The position numbers were made by a program, and so were the translations under genes. From assembly GCA_027008775.1 (NCBI GenBank), contig JALVDV010000009.1, positions 1-48,080 on the forward strand: DNA of 48,080 bases. The letters run 5' to 3'. This DNA comes from Candidatus Moraniibacteriota bacterium (GTDB lineage Bacteria; Patescibacteriota; Minisyncoccia; Moranbacterales; DUUL01). This document shows positions 1 through 9,975 of the stretch, in pieces. The notes below the pieces were generated by a model. The model saw nothing but the letters and a program-made list of their open reading frames with translations. It was not told the DNA's origin and made no database searches. Positions within the stretch are counted from its first letter, which is position 1, and each line of letters starts with the position of its first letter.

Positions 1-792
1 ACCGGAAACATCTAAACTATAGGCTGGGTTGGTTTTGCCAATGCCAATATGACCATTACTGCCTTTGATAAATAAACTGTTATTGTCAAAAGAAAGATTG
101 TGGTTGTCCAGATTGACATTGCGGTTATTGTTGAGGGTGCCGTCTTCGGTGTAAAGATTATGGATTTCTACCTTAGTATTGTTAGTATTGATTTCCAAAT
201 CAATTTCACTTACACCTCCCGTTCCCGGGTAAGCGGGTAGATCTAAAAGAGAATTATCTATTTTTCCGTCTTCGTTGAGAACAATAATATTTCCCGGTTT
301 GGTGCCGACTTTTAGTTTATTGAGAACCTGAGAAAAGGATTGACTTATTTTTCTATCTATAATGCTTTCCAGCTTTACTTCTTCTTCCTCTCCTCCCAAA
401 ATAACCGCTTTGCGGGGAATCATTTCTGCATCTTGGTTGATACGAATTCCCAGATAGTATTTGTTGTAAGGTAAGCCGGGAGGATTAAGAGTGGCTTCCA
501 GTTTGCCGTCTTTGATTTCTATGGTTTTATTGGTAGACCAGACTCTTTCTTTTAAATCTGCGTCAGAGGGATAAGGATCTTTTTTTAGGCGGTTGATTTT
601 GTATAAGGCAAATCTTACTTGATAAGAACCGTCAGCTACCAGTTGGCCGTTTTTCTTATCAAAAATCAAAGCTCGGACAATAAAAGGCTCTTTCTTTTCC
701 GCTGAAGCTTGGTGAATAAAAACTCCGATACTAAAAAGAACCACTGCCAAGAGCAGGCTCAGTTTGATTTTGTTTTTTGTTTTGGTTGGCAT
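1..792 (-). CDS. Secreted surface protein, N-terminal part (runs off left edge), with tail-fibre-like GIGxTxPxxxLDVxG repeat
   Basis: Manual translation from ATG at 792: MPTKTKNKIKLSLLLAVVLFSIGVFIHQASAEK (signal peptide) ... NGHIGIGKTNPAYSLDVSG at the edge, in one frame. Absent from the ORF track because no stop lies in the window. Confidence 0.8.
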   Translation of the reverse strand, partial: MPTKTKNKIKLSLLLAVVLFSIGVFIHQASAEKKEPFIVRALIFDKKNGQLVADGSYQVRFALYKINRLKKDPYPSDADLKERVWSTNKTIEIKDGKLEATLNPPGLPYNKYYLGIRINQDAEMIPRKAVILGGEEEEVKLESIIDRKISQSFSQVLNKLKVGTKPGNIIVLNEDGKIDNSLLDLPAYPGTGGVSEIDLEINTNNTKVEIHNLYTEDGTLNNNRNVNLDNHNLSFDNNSLFIKGSNGHIGIGKTNPAYSLDVSG

Positions 793-879
793 TTTTGATT
801 TTGGTTAAACAAAAACTTCAAAAAACTGGTCAGTCAATCTGGTTTTTTGTTTATGTTTTCCGTAATTTTCGCTTTGTTT

Positions 880-1068
880 TTATTCTTTTTCAATACTGAT
901 GGCTTCAACCGGACAGCTATCAATGACATCCTGGATGTCACAGTCGGCTCCGGAACAATCATCGGCAATTACCTGGGCTTTGCCGTTTTCTAGTTGGAAG
1001 CACTGGCTACACATCAACTCACAAGTGCCACAACCAATACATTTTTCTTGATCTACTTTAACTTTCAT
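880..1068 (-). CDS. Monocluster [4Fe-4S]/[3Fe-4S] ferredoxin
   Basis: CIGCGTCELMC and distal CPVEAI motifs, 62 aa. Confidence 0.92.
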   Translation of the reverse strand: MKVKVDQEKCIGCGTCELMCSQCFQLENGKAQVIADDCSGADCDIQDVIDSCPVEAISIEKE

Positions 1069-1212
1069 TTTTAATTGGACTTATTTTTAATTTCTTGGTC
1101 AGTATGTTTTCTTTTTTGATTTTAACACAAGAAAAAATTTCCGCAAGTGTTTTGTTGCTTTGCGTCTTCTTACATCTCAGCGGTTGTATTTTCGGAGAGA
1201 ATGGAGTAAGAT

Positions 1213-1923
1213 ATGGTTATGAAAATCATAACGATTAGCGGAGTTGATGGCTCCGGTAAAACAACTCAGTTATTACTGCTTAAAGAATATTTGGAAAAGA
1301 AGGGTTTTTCCGTGATTCTCTTTCATTCTGTTAGCTTCTCCTTGGTCAACAATCTTTTGAAAAAGAAAAAAGAAAAATTGGCTCGGCGGGTGAAAGAAAA
1401 ATCAAAAGTTAGTCAAGAACAGGTTTCAATTTTTGAAGAAGAACCGGCCAAGGCGGTCACTCGCTCCGGTTGGTTGGGAATTTTAGCCAGAAAATTAGTC
1501 CTGCTGATTGACCTTTACCGTTTCAGACGACTGCTCACAAAACTTTCCCATGAAGGAACCGACTACCTATTGTCTGATCGTTATTTTTATGACCAAATTA
1601 TTAATATTCTTTATCTTTCTTTCCAGGAAAGGATTTTGCATAATTTGACTTCGCCTCGGAAAAAGAAAGTGCCGGTTAAACTCTCCCTTTTACTGAGGCT
1701 GGCTGACAGGTTGATTGTAAAACCAGATTGGTCGTTTTTTGTTGAAATTAAACCGGAGGTTGTTTTGAAAAGAGATAAAGAGTTGGAACAAGATAAAAAT
1801 TACCTTCTAATTAAAAATTCCTTGTATCGTAAGTTTGTTCCTCATTGGCAAATTAGGGTTTTAGATGGTCAGGATAGTATAGAGAATATTCAGGAAAAAA
1901 TCAGAAATATCATTGGTGTCTAG
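1213..1923 (+). CDS. Thymidylate-kinase-like P-loop kinase
   Basis: N-terminal GVDGSGKTTQ Walker A and DRY motif of the dTMP kinase family. Confidence 0.75.
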   Translation: MVMKIITISGVDGSGKTTQLLLLKEYLEKKGFSVILFHSVSFSLVNNLLKKKKEKLARRVKEKSKVSQEQVSIFEEEPAKAVTRSGWLGILARKLVLLIDLYRFRRLLTKLSHEGTDYLLSDRYFYDQIINILYLSFQERILHNLTSPRKKKVPVKLSLLLRLADRLIVKPDWSFFVEIKPEVVLKRDKELEQDKNYLLIKNSLYRKFVPHWQIRVLDGQDSIENIQEKIRNIIGV

Positions 1924-2096
1924 CAAATAGCTGTGTAATCAAAAGAAATCTAGAGTGGAAATTTATTCCGGCAAAGCAGATAAGTTGATGTGCGCGCTTG
2001 TTGATTTTTTTTCTGAATGTCGCCAAGTTTGTTACCTAACCACCCTGGATTGATTGCGAGGCTATTGGTTATTAAGGACTAACGAAATTACTAGAA

Positions 2097-3632
2097 ATGT
2101 CTGCAATTATTAAAGTTTCTCTTCTGCTAACTTTGGCGGAATTGTTTTTTAATCTTTCCGGTTATATCACCCACGCTATTTTGGGGAGGACATTGGGTCC
2201 GGCGGAATATGGACGCTACGGCTTGGTTATCACCGTGGCCACAATGATTGTCACTCTAATCGGACGAGGAGTACCGGTGGCCATGAGTAAATATCTTAGC
2301 GAAGTTTATTCTCGGAAACCAAAGGAACTTAAGCATATCAAAAAAGTTAGCGCCGAAGTGCAATTTGTTTTGGTTTTTTTCTTGACTCTGTTTTATTATT
2401 TGGCCGCCCCTTTCTTGGCTGATATTCTCAATGACTTTTCTTTAACGCCTCTTTTTCGGTTATCAACTTTGATTATCCCCGCCTTTGCCGCCGCCAGTTT
2501 TTACGTTTATTTCTTTACCGGAGTTCACAAATTCAAACTTCAGGCTTATCTGAAATTTTTTCGCGGACTAAGCAAGATTGTTTTGATTGTGGGTTTGGCC
2601 TACTTTTTCAGAACAAAAGGCGCCATTCTGGGGCACGCTTTGGCTCCTTTCTCTGTTTTTGTACTGGCTTTGCTTATTGATCAGGGTTTTATTTTGAAAA
2701 GCAAACGAAAGGGATCGGATGACAGGATTAAGACCAATTCAGACTCAAAAAGAGAAAATTTGGAAGCAAGCGGAGAGAAATTTGCCTACAAAAAACTTTC
2801 CCGCCGAGCTTTGCTTAATTTTGCTTGGCCAATCACCCTTTTTATGATTTTCTACGAGATTATGATCACCATTGATCTTTATATGGTCAAGGGTTTATTG
2901 GAAAGCGATCGGCTCACCGGTTTTTATAACGCCTCTTTGACTGTCGGTCGTCTTCCTTTTTATGCTTTTTATTTCCTGACCATTATTCTCCTGCCGAAAG
3001 TTTCGGAAATTAAAGCGCGCCGTGACAACCGGCAAATGCAAAAAACTTTGCAGAGCGCCATGCGCTTCTTGTTTATTTTGATTATCCCCAGCGTTAGCTT
3101 GCTGGCGATTTTTTCTCGTCCCACTCTGGAGTTGTTTTATGGACAAAAATATTTAATGGCTACGCCTCTTCTGCAAGTCCTGGCTATCGGTCTGGGATTT
3201 TTGACCGTTTTCTACATTTTGGCTTTTGTCTTGAACGGCGCCGGGAAGAATAAACTGCCGATGTGGATAGCCCTGGTTGGAATGATTGTCAACAGCGGAT
3301 TAAATTATGTTCTCATAAATAAATTGGGAGTGTTGGGGGCCGCTTTGGCTACCAGTTTGACTTCTCTGCTTATAATGGTTTTGGCGGTTGTTCTAACGGA
3401 AAAATACGTGGCCAGCTTTTTGAATGTAATCTCTCTTTTAAAATATGCCTTGGCCACTGTCGTAATTTCGCTAATCGCCTATCATTTACCTCAAGGAAAA
3501 ATAATTTTTATTTTTGAATTTGCCGTCCTTTTGGCAATTTATTTTGCAATCTTGCGAATTTTGGGTGAAGTAACCGACGAAGATTTAAATTATTTGCGTC
3601 CCTTTTGGAAAAAGTTTTTGAAAAATAATTAG
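2097..3632 (+). CDS. Wzx-type polysaccharide flippase (MOP superfamily)
   Basis: About 12-14 TM helices, LGPAEYGRY N-terminal motif and GVLGAALATS C-terminal motif. Confidence 0.88.
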   Translation: MSAIIKVSLLLTLAELFFNLSGYITHAILGRTLGPAEYGRYGLVITVATMIVTLIGRGVPVAMSKYLSEVYSRKPKELKHIKKVSAEVQFVLVFFLTLFYYLAAPFLADILNDFSLTPLFRLSTLIIPAFAAASFYVYFFTGVHKFKLQAYLKFFRGLSKIVLIVGLAYFFRTKGAILGHALAPFSVFVLALLIDQGFILKSKRKGSDDRIKTNSDSKRENLEASGEKFAYKKLSRRALLNFAWPITLFMIFYEIMITIDLYMVKGLLESDRLTGFYNASLTVGRLPFYAFYFLTIILLPKVSEIKARRDNRQMQKTLQSAMRFLFILIIPSVSLLAIFSRPTLELFYGQKYLMATPLLQVLAIGLGFLTVFYILAFVLNGAGKNKLPMWIALVGMIVNSGLNYVLINKLGVLGAALATSLTSLLIMVLAVVLTEKYVASFLNVISLLKYALATVVISLIAYHLPQGKIIFIFEFAVLLAIYFAILRILGEVTDEDLNYLRPFWKKFLKNN

Positions 3633-3766
3633 TTGTGTCACTTGTTAATTTCGTCGTTATCGGTAAAATATTAGTAAAAAACATATAAGATGTGATATAT
3701 CGTGCGCAAAATACTGTTTAAATCATGGAATTATATACACTGGAACTAAATTCATAACATCTTCAA

Positions 3767-5608
3767 ATGTCTAGAAAATACACTTTTTCTTTCTTGTTTA
3801 TCATTCTTTTGCTGGGCTTCGCTCTGAGATTTTACAATCATCACCAATGGCTTTTCTTTAAATGGGATCAAGGACGGGATGCCATTTTGTTGGCGCCGGC
3901 CGTCAAATACGGTCCGGAACATTTACCTTTATTGGGACCGCGAGCCACTAAAATTGAGGGTGATTACCTTCGTTTGGGACCAGCTTATTATTATGTTCAG
4001 TATCTGACAGCCAAAATTTTTCGCTCCGTTCAACCACCGGTCTTTGCTTACTCCGATTTATTTTTCGGTGTTTTGACAATTTGGTTGCTCTACCTTTTTC
4101 TTCACCTTTATTTTTCTCGCTCCATTTCTTTACTGGGAGCGCTCTTTTATTCCTTGTCTTTTTTGGCAGTGCAATATTCCCGTTTTTCCTGGAATCCCAA
4201 TTCCGTGCCTTTTTTCACTTTGCTGACTTTCTACAGTTTGTTACGTTTTGCCGGGGCGAAAACTTTTAAAAGTAGGCTGGGCTGGTTAAGTTTGTGGGCG
4301 CTGGCTTTTGCGGTAGCTTCCCAATACCATTTTTTCGCTTTTTTTGTTTTGACTTTCGTCTCGGCGAGTTTTTTTGTTTTTTATTTTTGGCGAGAAATTA
4401 CAACCTTTTCCAAAAAGAAAGATTTTTTTTCCACGCTGAAATTCATTCTCTCTCAAAGAGGTTTGCGCTACTTGCTGAGAAAAATTTTTTCAAGGGCTTT
4501 TATTTTTTCCGGAGCGATTATTCTACTCATTTTTGCCTTTGTTTACAGTCCGGTCATTATCAGTGATTACAAGACCGGGGCCAGCAATACCAAATTGTTT
4601 TTTAAAATGTTTAGTGAATCCGGTCGGGCAGACAAAACATTTACCCAAAAACTGTTGAGAAATTTTCGTCAACAGGGTGATAATTTTTGCCTGCTAACCA
4701 CCGGTTTTAAACACCGGGCCGGACATAAAAACGATCCCTTAACGGTCGGTTTTGGTCTAGCTTTACTTTTCTCTTTTTGGCTGATTCTAAAAAAAGAATG
4801 GGAACTGAAAAGAAATTATCCGGAAAAATTTAAATTTTACTTTCCGGTTTTGCTTTTCATTTGGTCGGCGGGATTTTTTCTAATCACCATTCCCGCTTCC
4901 TACCAACTGCGTCCACGTTATTTTGTGCCCGTTTTTACTTTGCCGGCTATCATACTCACTTTTTGGCTCTCCCTTTTGGACCGCAAGTTGGTAAAACATA
5001 ATTTCATAATTTTACTGATCTTGACTTTGCTGGCTTCCTTCCCTAATATCTACAACCTGGGGCGGTGGTTCAAAGAGCAAAAGCTTTCTCAAGAACACTC
5101 TTTCAAAACTTATCATACCTTGATTTTAAAGCATCGTGACGGAGTGACCCTGGGACAATTGGAAAGAGCCAGAGATTATTTAATTGAAGAACAAAATAAT
5201 TCTCCGTCTGAAAAACTATACTACAATACTCCTACTGAATACTATTTACCTTTTATTTATCTATTAGCCATCAAAAACAAAAACGAGAAAATTTTGCCGG
5301 TAAGAGATTTGTCGGAACTGGCCGGGAAAAGAATTATTTACGTTATCAATACCGGAGCTGATAAATCTGCCGGTAAACAGTTGAAGCCTTTTTTACGAAG
5401 AATCTCTTACCGACAATTTGGACAGCTGTTTGTTCACAAAATGACGGTGGTAAAAAAAGAGGAGTTGCAAAAAAGACTGGCAGAGAGAAACAGGAATTTA
5501 GCGACAAAAGGAGATTTGGCAACGGAAAAGAAAACCAAGCGATTATTTTGGCGTGATATTTTTGGCACTGATGATGATTTAGACGAAATATTGATTAAAA
5601 GTAAGTAA
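3767..5608 (+). CDS. GT-C membrane glycosyltransferase (ArnT/PMT-like)
   Basis: LRFY..WDQGRD first-loop acidic motif, SRFSWNPN, many TM helices and a C-terminal extracytoplasmic domain. Confidence 0.8.
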   Translation: MSRKYTFSFLFIILLLGFALRFYNHHQWLFFKWDQGRDAILLAPAVKYGPEHLPLLGPRATKIEGDYLRLGPAYYYVQYLTAKIFRSVQPPVFAYSDLFFGVLTIWLLYLFLHLYFSRSISLLGALFYSLSFLAVQYSRFSWNPNSVPFFTLLTFYSLLRFAGAKTFKSRLGWLSLWALAFAVASQYHFFAFFVLTFVSASFFVFYFWREITTFSKKKDFFSTLKFILSQRGLRYLLRKIFSRAFIFSGAIILLIFAFVYSPVIISDYKTGASNTKLFFKMFSESGRADKTFTQKLLRNFRQQGDNFCLLTTGFKHRAGHKNDPLTVGFGLALLFSFWLILKKEWELKRNYPEKFKFYFPVLLFIWSAGFFLITIPASYQLRPRYFVPVFTLPAIILTFWLSLLDRKLVKHNFIILLILTLLASFPNIYNLGRWFKEQKLSQEHSFKTYHTLILKHRDGVTLGQLERARDYLIEEQNNSPSEKLYYNTPTEYYLPFIYLLAIKNKNEKILPVRDLSELAGKRIIYVINTGADKSAGKQLKPFLRRISYRQFGQLFVHKMTVVKKEELQKRLAERNRNLATKGDLATEKKTKRLFWRDIFGTDDDLDEILIKSK

Positions 5609-5737
5609 ATATTTACAAAATCGCCAATTTTTAATTTTGAATTTGTTAAGTTTATGGTGGTTGCTAGACAGGTGGTTTTGGATGAAAATACGCTCTTCGT
5701 CTGCTGGAATATTTAAAAAATTAACTCATCCCCAAGA

Positions 5738-6907
5738 ATGAAAGAAGAAGTAAATTATTTGCGAAAAAAAAAGAAGTCTTTGAAAAAAGGGTCGCCTTTT
5801 GTAACCATTATTCCGGCCACTTTTAATGAGAAGGATAATATTGCTCCCCTGGTGGAAGGTATTAAAAAGACGATGAGCAATACACCTTATGATTATGAAA
5901 TCATTTTCGCCGACGATAGCAATGATGATACTCCACAGGAAATCAAAAAATTCGTAGTTAAATATCCGAACTTGGTGCGCTACTGGCGAGCTCCCGGTCA
6001 AGGTCTTTCAGCCGCTTTTATTTCCGCTTTTTCTCAGGCCAAAGGAAAATATATTGTTTGCATGGATGCCGACTTGCAACATCCACCGGCTTTAATTCCC
6101 AAGTTGTTACGGAAGTTGGATAAAGGCGCGGAAATCAGTATTGCCAGTCGCTATATTCCGGGGGGCAGTAATGAAGGCCTGGGAAAATTCTGGAGCTTTT
6201 ACGGGATTTATCGCCGAATAGTATCAATCGGAATGTCTTATTTGACTAAAATTTTATTTGTTCCCATTCGGAAGACAACCGACCCGATGACCGGCTTTTT
6301 CGCCTTCCGAAAGGATTTAATTAAGGACATCAAACTGGAGGCCAAGGGTTTTAAAATATTAGTGGAAATCTTGATGCGCTCCAAACCGGTGAATGTAAAA
6401 GAGGTTCCCCTGAAATTTCAACCCCGAGAACACGAAACCAGTAAGGCCACTTTGAAACAAGGTGTTAATTTTTTCAAACACTTGAAACAATTATTTTTTG
6501 AATTGCCCGAGGCGGGAAGGTTTTTTAAATTTTGTCTAGTGGGCCTCAGCGGAGTGGTGATAAATCTGGGATTTTTGTATTTATTTGTTGAGTTTTGGTT
6601 GATGCAAAAAACTTACGCTTTCGCGCTTTCAATTATTATTTCCATTTTAACCAACTATTTTTTCAACTCCCGTTTCACCTACCGTGACAATCGCTCCTCC
6701 TCCCGCAAAGAAAGTCTGCGTCGTTTGACTTACTACTACGCTTTTGCTTTTTTGACCATGTTTGTCACCGTGGTCGTTTATAGTATCTTGCTAAACGTTT
6801 TTTCTCTCCACTATCTGCTGGCCGGTTTCTTGAGCATCGCTTTCACCACCATTCTTAATTTTGTCTTGGTGACCAAGATTATTTGGAAATTACCGGTGGA
6901 AATATAA
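5738..6907 (+). CDS. Polyprenol-phosphate glycosyltransferase (GT2, DPM-synthase-like) fused to C-terminal GtrA domain
   Basis: IIPATFNE, DDSND, MDADLQHP, DPMTGFF motifs; C-terminal RFFKFCLVG 4-TM GtrA domain. Confidence 0.9.
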   Translation: MKEEVNYLRKKKKSLKKGSPFVTIIPATFNEKDNIAPLVEGIKKTMSNTPYDYEIIFADDSNDDTPQEIKKFVVKYPNLVRYWRAPGQGLSAAFISAFSQAKGKYIVCMDADLQHPPALIPKLLRKLDKGAEISIASRYIPGGSNEGLGKFWSFYGIYRRIVSIGMSYLTKILFVPIRKTTDPMTGFFAFRKDLIKDIKLEAKGFKILVEILMRSKPVNVKEVPLKFQPREHETSKATLKQGVNFFKHLKQLFFELPEAGRFFKFCLVGLSGVVINLGFLYLFVEFWLMQKTYAFALSIIISILTNYFFNSRFTYRDNRSSSRKESLRRLTYYYAFAFLTMFVTVVVYSILLNVFSLHYLLAGFLSIAFTTILNFVLVTKIIWKLPVEI

Positions 6908-6989
6908 AACTTGTTTTCCCGGCGCGGAAGAGGGAAAGTAAAGTTGCCAGCGCTTGTTTTATCTGTTCTTGACAACCGTTGTTAACCGG

Positions 6990-8711
6990 TTAAGATTTTT
7001 GACTTTTGTCTAAACTGAGATAGCCAATCACCGTCGCTAGCCAAACCCAAAAGAAAGCCAGAAAAAATCCGCTGTTGAAAAGGTTTGGAATCAAGATTGC
7101 CAGAAAAGTCAGCAAGAAGTAGGTGGCGACCACTTCGTTTTTCTTTTTTGATTTGGCCGGGCTGAGTAATATTTTGCTGGCGATAACCAAAGGAGTAAGA
7201 AACAAGAGCGTGAACAAGAGGAGTCCAAAGAGGCCGGTTGATAACCAAACTTCCAGAAAAATATTGGAAGTGTTGTAGCGATGTCCCAGACTATCATTAC
7301 CTAAAATGAAGCCGCTGCTACCCAGACCTTGGCCAAAAAGTCGGTGCTTTTTTATGTTTTGCCAACTGAGACGGTATATTTTCCAGCGCAGATTGATATT
7401 GGGGTCCGGCCGAAAGACTTCTTTGATTAAATGGCCCCGTTCCCTCTCGGCAGAAATTTCTTCCAAATTGATGTGACGGCAACCAAATTTTTTCAACTCT
7501 GAAAGGTTTTTGATGGTGGCGCCGGCAGGTAATTCATTGGTGAAGTCTGAGAGTTGACAACTAACGGTTATTTTCTGCAGACCGGTCACGGAACTGGCGG
7601 CCCTGTTAGATAAATGAAATGAAGAAAGATGAAAAAGCTTGAGGATAAAGAAAGTAAAAAGCATAATCAACAGAAAGTTCAGCGATTCTTGCCAAAATTC
7701 TTTTCTGTTTTTGCGGAAAAACAAAATTGCTCCGTAGGCAAGGAAAACGGCCAGGACAGACAACCAAGCGCTACGGGAAACAGTGGCCAGTAAAATAATG
7801 AAAACCAGCGCCAAGAAAAGGTTCAGCAACCACTCCCCCACTCGGACCGCCGGAATGTTGAAAATACGCAAATCGGAAATTCGCCGAGAAAGTTCCCCTT
7901 TTTCGTCTGAATTCAAAAGTTTGAAGGTATACTTGGTGGCTAGAAGCAAAGCGATGATAAAAACCAAATACATACCCAGCCAATCCGGTTCGGTAAAGGT
8001 GGCATTGACTCTTTCAGCCATAACTGTCAGTGTCGGCCAGGCAAATTTTTCCCCAATCATTTGATAAAAGGCGGAAGCGACAACTGTTAGACTTCCCAGA
8101 AAGAAAAACCAGATTCCCTCTCGCAAATCTTTGAGAGTACGCAGGAAATTGCGGACCAGCCAGTAGAGTAATAAATAACTGAAAAGAACCAAGCTTAGTT
8201 TTAGGGAGAGTTGTTTATCAGGAGCGTTTTGCAGGGCCAAAATAGTGGCCAACCACAATAAAAGCAAAAGACGATCAAGAGGATTAAAATATTTTTCGTG
8301 GGGACCAATCTTTTTTTCTTGGCGGTGACGCCCTGCCCCGGCTTCACTGGACAATTTAAATCGCCAAAATTCTTTTCTTAGACAAGCCGGGCGAAGAATA
8401 TTAAAATCTATTTTGGCTGGACGAAAGATTTTCAAAATAATCAGCGCAATGGCCAGAATGAGTCCCAGCAATTGAAAGGGACGCAGGGAAAAGGGTAGTG
8501 TAGGCGGAGAAATAATAATATTTTCCAGGGGCAAGGTGGAAAGAAAAAGCCAAAACATTTGGCGAGGATATTTAAGAGAAAGAACAAAAAAAACCAGCGC
8601 CAAAAGGACAAAGCCCGCTGTTGAAAAAGGAGTGTTGCCGGTAAAATAAAGGAGTGTGAGGCTTAAATTGAAAAGAATAACAATCAGGCTCCAAACTAAA
8701 TATTTTCTCAT
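6990..8711 (-). CDS. O-antigen ligase/Wzy_C family membrane protein
   Basis: RVNATFTEPDWLG, TVSRSAW, FGQGLG and NIFLE motifs; multi-TM. Confidence 0.82.
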   Translation of the reverse strand: MRKYLVWSLIVILFNLSLTLLYFTGNTPFSTAGFVLLALVFFVLSLKYPRQMFWLFLSTLPLENIIISPPTLPFSLRPFQLLGLILAIALIILKIFRPAKIDFNILRPACLRKEFWRFKLSSEAGAGRHRQEKKIGPHEKYFNPLDRLLLLLWLATILALQNAPDKQLSLKLSLVLFSYLLLYWLVRNFLRTLKDLREGIWFFFLGSLTVVASAFYQMIGEKFAWPTLTVMAERVNATFTEPDWLGMYLVFIIALLLATKYTFKLLNSDEKGELSRRISDLRIFNIPAVRVGEWLLNLFLALVFIILLATVSRSAWLSVLAVFLAYGAILFFRKNRKEFWQESLNFLLIMLFTFFILKLFHLSSFHLSNRAASSVTGLQKITVSCQLSDFTNELPAGATIKNLSELKKFGCRHINLEEISAERERGHLIKEVFRPDPNINLRWKIYRLSWQNIKKHRLFGQGLGSSGFILGNDSLGHRYNTSNIFLEVWLSTGLFGLLLFTLLFLTPLVIASKILLSPAKSKKKNEVVATYFLLTFLAILIPNLFNSGFFLAFFWVWLATVIGYLSLDKSQKS

Positions 8712-8723
8712 AGGTCTTTTTTG

Positions 8724-9974
8724 TTACTTGCCAGTTATCGTGAATTGTTTGTTTACTTTGTCTTGACTCTCCTCTCGGAGAAGTTGCAAAAATGTTTTTG
8801 TGAACCGGGACCAGGAAAATTTTTGACTCTCCCGGTAAGCCAAAGATATTTTTCGCTCCCTATTTTTCGGGTTATCCGTTAAGGATTTTTTTAGCATCTT
8901 TTTAATTTCATTTACATTTTCTGGATTTTCCACCAAATAGCCCGCTTCTTGACTGATTATCTCCGGAGTGGCGCTGGTATTAGAGGTTACCACCGGACAA
9001 CGAGAGGCCATGGCTTCTAAAACCGGCAAGCCAAACCCCTCGTAAAGTGAAGGATAAGCAAAAACCGTAGCCGCTTGATAAAAAGCCGGCAGATCACCCT
9101 CGGGAATAAAGCCGACCAGACGGTAGAGCTTTGGGTTTAAATGGTAATGCTCAGAATTATTTTTAATTTCTTTTTTGAGGTCGGTGACTAAAGGCACCAG
9201 GTGAGGATAAAAACGACCGGCCAGAACCAATTGAGGCGGATCAGCCAGACTGCTGGCTAAGGAGCTATAGGTTTTGATTAAATTGGCAATATTTTTACGA
9301 ATGTCAAATCCGCCGACATAAAAAATAAAATCGTCGCCGGGACTTAGGCCATATTTTTTTAGCTTCTCAAATATTTTATCGGGAGAGAGAGGTTGATAGA
9401 AAATTGGATTACAGGCAATGTAATTGACGGTAATTTTTTGAGGAGGAATGTGATAAACCCGGCTGATTTCCTCTTGAGAAAACTTGGAAACCGTTAAAAT
9501 TTTGTCAGCTCGTTTAATGGCTCGGTCAACAAAATATTGATAGCTTTTTTTGCGCCAATTGTTCAAGTAAACTGGAAAACGTTTGGGAACAACATCGTGC
9601 ACCAACATCAAATGTCTAAGACTTCTTGTTGAAAAAACGGAAGCGGACTGGTAAAGACTAAAAAAGTCAGTGCAACCATCTCGCTTGGCTTGTTGAGGCA
9701 ACCAATATCTTTCCCAAAGAAATTTTCTAAATAAATCGTCTCGCCGATAGTTGCCGGAGACGACTTGAAAAGAAATGTTTTGACCGGACAGTTGTTGTTG
9801 AAGTTTTTCCGGCACTTTTTTCTTTAGGTAAATTATAAATCGCCAGTCGTTAGGCAAATTTGTCCGAGCCAGGTCTTTTAAGAAGGAAACAGACACTTGA
9901 CCTATTCCAGTATCCGGCTGACACAGAAAGAATCCATTTATACCAATAACCCTGGACTTTGTTTTTTGAACCAT
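8724..9974 (-). CDS. Glycosyltransferase family 4 (GT-B)
   Basis: YPSLYEGFGLPVLEAMA EX7E motif. Confidence 0.92.
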   Translation of the reverse strand: MVQKTKSRVIGINGFFLCQPDTGIGQVSVSFLKDLARTNLPNDWRFIIYLKKKVPEKLQQQLSGQNISFQVVSGNYRRDDLFRKFLWERYWLPQQAKRDGCTDFFSLYQSASVFSTRSLRHLMLVHDVVPKRFPVYLNNWRKKSYQYFVDRAIKRADKILTVSKFSQEEISRVYHIPPQKITVNYIACNPIFYQPLSPDKIFEKLKKYGLSPGDDFIFYVGGFDIRKNIANLIKTYSSLASSLADPPQLVLAGRFYPHLVPLVTDLKKEIKNNSEHYHLNPKLYRLVGFIPEGDLPAFYQAATVFAYPSLYEGFGLPVLEAMASRCPVVTSNTSATPEIISQEAGYLVENPENVNEIKKMLKKSLTDNPKNRERKISLAYRESQKFSWSRFTKTFLQLLREESQDKVNKQFTITGK

Positions 9975-9975
9975 T